Assembly (NCBI GenBank): GCA_030141605.1
Contig: JAQGDQ010000546.1
Location: forward strand, 1 to 64,000
Direction: 5' to 3'
DNA from: Tubiluchus corallicola
Lineage: Eukaryota; Animalia; Priapulida
Length of the DNA: 64,000 nt
Made by a program: the position numbers and the translations under genes. Numbering within the stretch: position 1 is the stretch's first letter; each line of letters opens with the position of its first letter. Shown here one piece after another: positions 1-10,880 of the stretch. The notes beneath the pieces are model-generated. The model was given only the letters and a program-made list of their open reading frames with translations, had not been told where the DNA came from and searched no databases.

Positions 1-853
<853 letters not shown>

Positions 854-870
854 GTGATTTTTGTATGTAG

Positions 871-3800
871 TTCTTACTGTGCATGGACAATATTTTGAAG
901 AACAACCTGTAGACGTGGCCGCCAATGTTAGCGAGTTGGTGATATTAAGATGTCGAGTGAATGCAAGTTATCTGTCATACGACAGTGATTTGGACTGGGT
1001 TAAAGATGGATCATCTATTCTCGATAACGACAATATCCAAATTCTAGATAATGAATGGATCGAATCTGGTGATTTCAGCATCAGAATATCAAACCTGTCT
1101 ATGACAGATGACGCTGATTACACTTGCAAATTTTCAATTAACAAGACTAATAATGGGTGGGAGTCTTCCGAACCAGCCCACGTGACAGTTTTGGGTAAGT
1201 TACTTATACGCCTAAACTTAGTTGTGGTAGGTATAGAGGTCCTAGATCTTCCTCTCCGAGCTCTGGTTTTCCCTCACATCTTATGTTACCATCTAAGAAC
1301 TTATTCGGTATCATGTTATTAAAAATAATTATGATGATGACGATGATGATGATGACGACGACGACGATGATGATGATGACGGTAATAATAATACATGTAA
1401 TGATAACGCAGGACTTATAACGATTTATAAAACTACTAAAATTTCTTTGTTAATTACGATCAAATGAATAAAGTCTTTATTTCATTAGATCATAAATTTT
1501 GCGTCCATACCTAGATTACGTTGTTGGAAAGGATAAAATCGCTTTGTTAAACAGCGTCCTAGCGAAAAAATGGTAATAACGAAATTCTCGTTAGACAGAC
1601 TCACGCAAAACTTCATTTTACATTATACACTGGTCCGCTTGAAGAAAACTTAATTTGTGGCTGCATAAAATCACGATTTTATAACTTTTCATCTACTTTT
1701 GTCATTTTTTTCGTACAAGTGTAGTATGCAATTATTTCTGGACACGTCTGTGTTGGTATTTCAGTTAATGTACATATATGTGGTACAGACTATTTTCATC
1801 TCTAGTGGCGTAGCTAGAGCTTATGGCACCCGGAGTGGCACTTGGCAGTTGCAGTAAGTTGTGAAGATAAATTGATAAAACAATAAAGCACTACTGGAAA
1901 AATCGTTTTGAAGAAATAAATTATAACTGCACGACTTCATATACCTTTCACTGAGATTCCTCTCCAAGACCGCCTCAGGTGTGTCCTAATTGAGAATCAC
2001 TGTGATAAATGCACGAAGAAGCCACCACACAGATCAGCGAAAAGTAAAAGTAGTTCCGTCATTGCTGGCTGATAGGGTGTTTTACTGAAGTTAATTCGTA
2101 ATGATTTAATAGATATATCAGCACCTTTTATGTCAACACAAATAAAAGCAAACGGCTATAATGACGATTTAAAGTTACTAGAAATTTGATCATAATCATC
2201 ATAAGGGAAGTCGAAATAATGATTAAATTTCTAACAGCTTTAAATCGCCTCTCTTCATATTTATTTGTGTTAATCGATAAATGAAAGCACTATTGGACTG
2301 ATGCTATTTTTTGTAAACAATTGTGTAACACCTGAATTTTACAGTGGCTCCAATTGTAAGAGAACTGGAACTGAATTTTACCGAAGTGAGTGGGAACGTC
2401 ACTATTTTTGCTGCCGAGTGGCACCTATTTCGATGTGAGGCAGCTGACGGAAATCCTGAACCAGAAACCTCTTGGTTTTTGGGTAAGTCGTGATACATAG
2501 GACGTCTGCAATTTTATCGTTTTTGCTGCTGAATGGAATTCTACTGTGTTCTACTGCGAAACATGTTCAATTACGTGTTCTACTACATGTGTTCTATTGC
2601 GTGTTCTACTACATGTGTTCTATTGTGAAACTTAAAAAAGTACAGTGATTGAACTCAACGTGACTTTTTAGACATCTAAAATAACTAGAATTGAGAGCAA
2701 AGTTTTTTGGCGACTATCGACTTCATTAAGATGGTCTCGTCATTCGTCAACAGCTTTCTTAAGAAAGACACGTGTGTTACTCAGTTTCTATGTTATTATG
2801 TGCGTTATCACAGCAGAGGTTTATTTTCTGCATTTTTAGGCAGAGACGACATAACGTCATACGCTGAGTCCAGTACAACTAAGGATAATGACACTCTGCT
2901 CACAACAACAGAAAGTTATTTAAATTTCAGTTTTGCATCTGATGACGATGGCAAATCCCTTGTGTGCGAGATTTCAATCCACGAGCAACTTCCACAAGAA
3001 CACGTTAGCGTAACATTAGATTTACGACGTAAGTTTTCTTCCTATGTTAAATCTTTCCTTCTTTTCTGAAACACGCCAGTTTCCTCTAGTTACCGCGCAC
3101 ATGAGAATGGGGTCTTATTTGTAGCAGTCGAACGAAATTTCAAAACTAGGACAAAACAAAAAAGTTTACAGTTGGTAGTTGTAACGTTAAAGGACAAAAA
3201 CATATATATACAACATAAAAATTATCTTAAAATTTTGTATCACTTACATACTATCATACTATAATATCTTTTTGCGCACAGAGCTTGTACTAGCAGCAAC
3301 GTTATATAAAATTAGAAATTTAAACTTCCGGGATGACCTTTAGGTGCAGCAATTTTAACGTAACTTGTTTTAACCTATAAGTCATTCGAAATAACTTTAT
3401 ATAACATTGCTTAAAGTTGGAAAAATAATCAGGGCATTCGACGATTCGTAACGCATTCATCGCCAAATAAGCAAAAGTTTAAATTACTGTATGTTGTCAA
3501 GAAAATCAATAATAATAATGTGATTTTTGCAGAGTCAGTGTTGCACACTTAGATGGTTATAGAGTGATGTTTTAACAGATGGCCCGAACGTTTTATATTA
3601 CCAAGAATTTTCTTTTTTAGTTACATAAGTCTTTACATCTAGTTACATAGGTAAGCGTAATGCTAAGTAATATAATTTTGTATGGAAGGTTTGGGGGATA
3701 TATTTTAAATTGTCTTTTTGTTCCTTTTTAAGTAAATTATCGTTTTATGATTAATTGAAATATTTTTTCGTTTGAGTACATCTTCAACCACGATTTCCCA

Positions 3801-6452
3801 CTCCCTTTGCTTCTTTTGCAGGTGCACCATATTTTAGAGTTCCCGACCTGCTACACTGTTCACGAAAAAATGAGTTAGGATCAGAAGAGTCAGTAACTAC
3901 ACCTATTTTCTGCTCGAAACCGAGGTTTACAAGAGTTACATGGTATTGGGGTTCAAAGAATTTTACCACAAATGAAACAACAGAAATAGAAGACTTTAGA
4001 ATAATTAACATCACAGCAGCTGATAAGGGTAATGTGACATCAGAGGAATGCTTTGAAGCAATACTGCTTGTCAAAAAACTGGAAAATGATGATTTTGATA
4101 ACTGGACATTTCAAGTGGAACTTGATGTTGATGAGCTAAGCACCACTCGTCACTTAATATTTGAATGTGAAATTAGAGAGGTTGATGAAGGTAAATTAAT
4201 TTCTACTTTGTGAATGGCTTATTAAAATGATATTTAATATGGGCTGCATGATAAACTAAAAATGATGTTATAACTAAACTTAAATTCACTTAGAAATGTA
4301 CTAAGATATATAAGCACAATCAAACTTTTTTTTAGAAGATGTTGATGAGGGGAATGTTTGGCTAATAGTTGGACTGACATTAACGGGCGTTCTGCTGGTG
4401 ATTATCCTAGTAGTGGTTATTGCTGCATATTGGAAGAAATTATTTTGTTTCAGTAAGAAAACTGCCCATGCACCACCAATCAAACTTGAATCGCCAAAAG
4501 GTAAATCACACTCTAGTTTTGAAAATGTCACTTTTTTCTGGCTTATTTTAGAAGCATCAATTTTAAATCTGTAGGTGTAGTAACGTAGCTACATATTGAA
4601 AAATTACAAACCGTGCCAACAGCAGCCAAAATAGAAATTTCATGGATGTTTTGAAGAAATTTTCAGGACAAATTTAATTCCAGCAAACAACAAAATTTGC
4701 TGGAAATGTTTGCTGGAACTTGATAATGAGACAGTGTCTTGAAAATTTATGCACTCAAAAATCAATAAAATTTCTATTTTATCTGCAGTTGGCGAAGTTT
4801 TTACAGTACTATTTTTAGTTGGTTGAAATCACTAATTATTAAGCCTAGTAACCGGATAAAGAAAGAAACAAATCCAGAAAATACCAGTTTATGACAGTAC
4901 TAGAACAGTGTGTCACTGCCGTTTTATTGCTTGTGTATCGCGTAGGCTCTATTTTTTTATGAACAACCATTTTTCTTGAAGAATATGATGCTAATTTGTG
5001 TAACCTAATACAAGCGCATGCTAATAAGTATCAGATCCTCAAATTAAGAGTGTAACACACGTGTGGATAAAGTTGGCTTAGGTCATCACATATATTTGTT
5101 ATTTATCAAGTATATGAAAACTGTTTCTGGTTGTCCTGGTTGTGTGGCCAAGTGGTTTAGATTTCGGACTGCAACTAGAGTCTTGCGCAGTCTTGAGTTT
5201 GAAATTAGCGACTGTCAACGTCAGGGCGCATAACCTACATGTTTATCGTTATTTGTGTGTTTCGTCCTTACGTGTATTGCTGTGTCGCTAAATAGCCGTT
5301 AGTGTTAATGTTGTCTGTTTTAAATGAGCGACGGTAAATAAGTCTTGTCTTTTTTCTGAAGTGACTAAGAATCAAGTTTCTTTATTTAAAACCTTTATTT
5401 GCTGGGTCGAATTACAACAAACTGATTGTGATTCTCCGTTGTGGATTCTTATCTATTTTTTAGGCACAAGTAGACGACCACCACCGATTCCACCGTCATC
5501 CGGCAGAACAACGTCCCATTACAGGCCGGTTAAGTTTATCGCTAGCAGCCAAATCAATTTCTTGGACCAACTAGGAGCAAGAACAATACGCGGTGAAAGT
5601 GGCACTTCTGGTGTTACAGAAGTACATAAAGCAAGATCGACTCAGTTGCCTGGCCACATGTGCGTGACTGTCAAATATGTCAGTCCTTCAGCTCACAAAA
5701 CGCATCCACACAAGACAGAGTTGTTTCAGAAAGAGATTGAACATCTAGAACAACTGCAATGGAAACCAATCCATGACAATGTTGTTCAGCTCTTGGGTGT
5801 GTCCGAGGATCATTATAAGGGTCATATAATGATTCTCGAGTATGCACAGAATTGGGACCTGAAGACATATCTTCTGAGTCATTCTGAAGGCGACATGTAC
5901 GAACAACCTGATGTTCTCCATGATTATCAAAATTTGGGTATCAATTTGAATAGGGATGTGAAATTTTCTTTGCAGATATTGTCAGGACTGCTTCATCTGT
6001 TATCGGAGAAGTTCTTGTGCTATGACCTTGCTGCAAGACATGTACTAGTTACAGACAACCATATTTGCAAATTGATCAGGTTTGGAAGGGAAGAGGACGT
6101 GATTAAAGAACGAGTTCGTCAGTTGTCTAATAAAGAAAACGTTCCCTTCCGCTGGATGGCGCCCGAGTCACTATTGTACAATATGTACTCAGTGAAATCT
6201 GACGTTTGGTCTTTCGGTGTTCTAATGTGGGAAATTAGCAACGATGGTGCTACGCCATACCCGGAATTGAACAGTGCAGAAAAAGTTAAAACTGTGGTGC
6301 GCCAAGGATATCACTTGAAGAAAACAAACAAAATTGGCACTGATTTTTATGCAATAATGCGCAAGTGCTGGAAAGAATTAGCCAGTGGGCGACCATCATA
6401 TTTACAGTTAAATCATGACTTACAGCAACTTGCACAATCGTTAAGCATGTAA
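871..6452 (+). CDS. 3xIg (Fasciclin-3/Kirrel-like) + TM + tyrosine pseudokinase receptor; 5' signal-peptide exon lies upstream of the window
   Basis: Exons 871-1194 (Ig1, C..W..D.A.YTC), 2345-2482 and 2840-3028 (Ig2, C2-set, CEAADGNPEP..W / DDGKSLVC), 3822-4190 (Ig3, FCSKPRFTRVTWYWGS..EECFEAILLV), 4336-4500 (TM WLIVGLTLTGVLLVIILVVVIAAYWKK), 5464-6452 (kinase). All introns are AG/GT phase 1 and the frame is open throughout (about 720 aa). Confidence 0.9.
5133..5351 (+). mobile_element. tRNA-derived SINE-like element in the last intron of the Ig-kinase gene
   Basis: A-box-like TGGCCAAGTGG, degenerate B-box GAGTTTGAAAT, and a short-repeat tail GTAAATAAGTCTTGTCTT. Confidence 0.5.
5464..6452 (+). 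CDS. Terminal exon: proline-rich juxtamembrane segment plus whole protein-tyrosine-kinase-fold domain, predicted catalytically impaired
   Basis: VTVK, E in alphaC, HDNVVQLLG, CYDLAARH, RFG, PFRWMAPES, KSDVWSFGVLMWEI, GATPYP, CW...RPSY; acceptor TTTTTAG ends at 5463. Confidence 0.93.
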
Positions 6453-6485
6453 ATTTCTGTGAACAAATACAATGTATTGCTAATA

Positions 6486-6615
6486 CAGTCATACCTCGGT
6501 TTTCGAACGTCTCAGTACTCGTACAAATCGGTTTTCGACCAGAAAATTCGAGTTGAAATTGTCTTCGTTCTCGACCAGAATTTCGGTACTCGACCAACCG
6601 CCACGCACGTGATAA
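6486..6615. mobile_element. Tc1/pogo (Tigger-like) terminal fragment
   Basis: TA followed by CAGTCATACCTCGGTTTTCGAACG, a pogo/Tigger-type terminus; partner end not found. Confidence 0.5.
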
Positions 6616-6623
6616 GCCCATAT

Positions 6624-8398
6624 CAAGGACTACTATACACTACAGGACGTGTACGGTCAGATCTCTGATTCCGCCAGTGGAGACGGTCTATTTTTAACAG
6701 TTAGTGCTAATAATTTGGACATATTTACCCCCCATGGTGACCTATAGCATGCCACAATACACATAGAACATATTCCTCATTCATCTAGTAATTTAAAAAC
6801 AGTGGTACCTATGATATCCCCCCCCCCAAAGAAAACTGATATCATCACGCTGGGGCCACCATGTAGACATTTAGCCATCACACATAGCATTGATGTAGCT
6901 TTACTGTCTGGCTCATTTTTTGCCATGCCATTTAGCACACCCCCTGAAAAAGCCACTGTTGGGCGTATTTTCACTTCATCCACCAATAGCATACAGTGTT
7001 TCTGCTCAGAGCTTTTCACTTTCTGAAATGTTTTACCTAGCACCTGGTCAGCATCTGTTGATGAAATAACTGACTGCAGCTTTCTTTTGCTGGGTAACAC
7101 TAAAAAGTCACGCAGTTGTTCGTAATTGCAATGGGGAAAGGACTCTATTGCAAAGCAATAATCAGACACTGTGAAAGTCTTATCACATAATAGTCGAAGC
7201 TGTCGTGTTAGAAATTTGAGCTTCTTGGCTTTAGCATTAACACTAGGAGATTGTTCTCGGTTTTGAGCTAGTTCAAGTTCAAGAGACTTTGTCACTTTGT
7301 TGACAATATCATCAACATGATGAATGTGGTTGACAACAGAATTCACAACCGCGAAAAATTGTGAGTAAGAGGACAGCCCATTGTTCGGACTGAGGATTTT
7401 ACTTAATGGCACACTGATCCCGTTTTTGAAAGCATACAGAGTAAGAGGGGAACACAAGGTAGGCTTATTGTGAACAATAATTGACATATAACATTGACTG
7501 TGGTCCTCTTCCATGAACATGCACACAAATTTGTCTTGTGTGCGAGATATAATGAGGTTCTGATACGTCTTATGCAGGTCTTTCTCAGGAGTGAATTCAT
7601 TGAGAGAAGTTATTTTATCCTTTTTAAAGAAATAATTCAGCTGCTGGTTCTCAGTTCTTGGAGGCGAGGTGGTGGCTTTGGAGTGGGCAAGCATGATGTT
7701 GGAACGTTGAAAATACTGGGTGGATCCACTGGCCTGGTGTGACCACCTGGAATTTTGACCATTTGAGTATCCGATGGCCAATGCTTTTCGCAAATGAAAA
7801 ATTTCGGTGGATCAACAACAAAGCCTTCGCGTGGAGGAAGAACACTTAGCCATTTCTGTTTCTCTACATGATCTCTTGGCAGTCTGAACACACGACACTT
7901 GTTCTCCGTGTCATAGTTACCTTTGCATTTCACAACTCCACACTTGTTAGGCATACTGTTGAGCACAGATGTATAAAATCCACGAGAAATTTTGAAAATA
8001 ATCCCCAAAGAAACAAACACAAGCATGAAAACAACGCTTCACTTGACTTTCAAGTTTCCCACAATGACAAAGCACTACTACCGGTAAAACGTAAACACAC
8101 TTACGCCTAAAGTAGTGCGCTATTTAAGAAGGAAAAATGAACACTAATTTCCTTTGATACATAAAATAAACAATTGGTACTTTTCTCCCGTAATGTAAAG
8201 AACCAATTAAATGAAAAATAATATCTACCGATCCGTTCATTCTTTAATTTCCAAGATTACTACTCTCTAAAGCGCACTATTCCTAGATTACGTTCATTCT
8301 AAAAATAGACCACAGGTAGGTAGCTGGGTCAGTATTGACCGCCTCCGTTAGCGGAGTCAGAAATCTGGCCCTGCGTGTCCTGTGTATAGTAGTCCTTG
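6624..8398 (-). mobile_element. P-element superfamily (THAP9-like) DNA transposon, internally deleted
   Basis: Perfect 17-bp TIR CAAGGACTACTATACAC extending to about 65 bp imperfect; 8-bp TSD GCCCATAT at 6616-6623 and 8399-8406; encodes a THAP domain and the N-half of a P transposase. Confidence 0.93.
6777..7954 (-). pseudogene. Truncated, frameshifted THAP/P-transposase
   Basis: THAP C2CH motif MPNKCGVVKC..FRLP..W..ICEKHW..PSIF from ATG 7954; frameshift near 7665; then YEQLRDFLVLPSKRKLQ and LLVDEVKIRP (first catalytic Asp); breaks off near 6835. Confidence 0.88.
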
Positions 8399-8819
8399 GC
8401 CCATATATATATATAGTAATTTATTTATTTGCATTATATACGTATACATGTAGGTTACAAGTTCCTGACTTTAACCATATGCCGTTTCATTAGTTAAAGA
8501 CTCCTAACTTTCTATGTGCTGTACTCCCAGACGATTTTTTTTCAGTAGATGGGCGATTCAGTTTTGGGCAAAGGTAGGCATTTTGTGAAACGTTTACGTT
8601 GAAGTACACAAAGTAAAAAGCAGGGAAAGCGGGAGAAATATTTCATAATTTGTAGAAAGGATGGGAGTCGTCCGATCAAACCGGGAATGTCAGGCTTTAC
8701 AAACGACCTAATCGAATTAAATCAGGCTTTCAGTTTTAGATAATATTCCTTTTTGTGGTGGATCCCCGCGGAATGGCGGATCGCTCTGCATTTTATGCCC
8801 AATGAATATCAATATCGCT

Positions 8820-9428
8820 CCCTACATCACTCCAGTGTTTTCGCTAGCAACATTCTCGCTAGTGAAAATAGACATCGCTGCGTGAAATATACAAGTCAAC
8901 CAAAGTTGAACGTAGACTAGCAAAAACTATTTCACGGTTTCACTAAAACTGACACTCAGATATGTGTGTTCTCACAGGACGCTTTCTTACGAATATCGAG
9001 TAAGTACATTATACGTTTGTACGAATGTGTCAATGCTATGTGTGATGCTATTCACGAAGCTCTCTCAGATTACGCGAAAGTCCTGTCTACTTCCAGAGAA
9101 TGGAAGCAGATTGCACTAGATTTTGAAGAGAAATGGAACATCCCCACTGCACTGGTGCTGTGGACTGTAACCACGTATCAATAATTATTAAACCACTGAA
9201 CTCGGGATCTGAGTAGTTCAACTTTTAAATTATTTTCAATTGCACTTTTAGCCGCTGTTGACGCAAATTCGCATTATAGCGTTTGATATCGAAAGACCAG
9301 GTGCAACCAGTGATGCAAGTATTGTCAATGGCTCAGTGCTGAATGATATAAATATTGCTTATGCCATGTATACCAAAGCCGAAAAAATACTAGCATATCC
9401 ACCAATTGGGTACTTTTTTATAGGATAT
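8820..9428 (+). mobile_element. PIF/Harbinger (HARBI1-like) transposase remnant, 5' part
   Basis: Decayed motifs EWKQIALDFEEKWN, HCTGAVDCNHV, PLNSGSE, SIALLAAVDAN, TSDASI, YFFIG; left boundary approximate. Confidence 0.82.
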
Positions 9429-9765
9429 TGGACTGCTGACCGCTTTTAACGGAGGCAGGACGGATGGCACCGCGGCCCACACCGTGCGGCATGTCACAAT
9501 TAAGTCCTTCAACACCAAACCAATAATAGAATCGAAATGACAATTTATTACTAAATATTACACCCCCAATAAGGAACAAACAGCTTATCTAAAAGAACGG
9601 AGTTTGCGACAAGCCTGTGAAATGTGAACAGAGCTGCAATGAAAGACACGACCACTGACAAGGATCTACAGCAGACCTTCCCTTTTTATAAGCTAAGGTG
9701 TGCACGTGACTAGTGGCTTTTACTAACACAAGGTCAGAATACGAGTCTGTGCTAGATAAAGCCAC
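9429..9765 (-). repeat. Gypsy 3' LTR (missing its first ~78 bp)
   Basis: Direct repeat of 21106-21442, about 17 mismatches in 337 bp by manual count. Confidence 0.93.
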
Positions 9766-10880
9766 GATCTTTGAAGATCTAGTCTTCCATCGGGAGGGAG
9801 AAGAACAGCTACCCTCACAGACCAGAAAGCAAGTCCGAGCACTGCTAATCGGCAATACAAAAAGTTTTTCCTTCCATTAATCAAATAGAATCACAGAAAT
9901 ATTTTGTAAAGACTGGCAATTCTACAAAACAACATAAGCTAGTGTATAACGCCTACTGAATTACAAATTAAAAGATGAAAACAATGTCAGTTTTCTCGTT
10001 CGAATAAGTTAAGGTTAAACATTGCATTTCTAGTAACAACAATTTCAATATAACGGCGAGTCGACTTAGAAAACTTCCAGCTAAATATGCCTAAGTATGT
10101 CTACGTAAGAATGCAAAAATGAACGAAATAAGTGTAATCAGGTATCATCCGCTATCCGTAAATAAACGTAACGTAGCGTAAATAATCCGCACAATCTGCA
10201 ATTCTTAATGATTCACCAGTACCAATCATCGTGTCTCAACAAGCAAAGGCATCCGATACCACGGGTATAACACCTGGGTTGGTAGAGCTTGCTCGGAAAA
10301 GATGCACGCTAGTACTCATGTCAAGCATACAGTTAGTTCAAGTGAATTTTCACTGCAGACCCAGCATAAGATTTATTGAGCTTAAGTATTGGCTCCTATG
10401 GTGAAAAACGTCGATTCTCCACAAATTTCCAAATATGCTGTGCTGTACAACAGAAGGAAAAAGGTAGTAAATCTGCTTGCACCGACTACATTCATAGCGG
10501 GAAACAAAAACAAAAGTTGCAAAACCCTTATATGCCACTGTATCTTCAAATAAATCAACATCTTTGATAAGCAACAACAATGCCGACAACTTAACTTGTA
10601 ATAGAATTTTAACACCTTACCGTGTTCGATGAACTTACGCAACCACGGGTTGGTCAGTGGTCAAAGTCGCTCTGTTCACATGGTAGCCAACGAACAAGGC
10701 TTTGTCGCGAAGCTAGAAAATAGGACTTCCAAGGACGAAAGCAACAACAATAAACATCAATTATCGAAAAAAAACTTATTAGAACTAGTCATCAACTGAA
10801 ATCGGTTGACTTAAAACAACGAAATTAAGAATTTCGATCATGACTATCTACTCGTGCATTTTAGACGAAACAGTCCAAAC

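Noticed and set aside
5361-5463. N-terminal extension making the kinase a stand-alone 363-aa gene
   Set aside because: GTG start only; the region is a polypyrimidine tract ending in an in-phase acceptor at 5463
871-6452. Assigning a gene symbol (PTK7/otk, FGFR, Fas3, KIRREL)
   Set aside because: Domain count and motifs fit none cleanly; needs phylogeny
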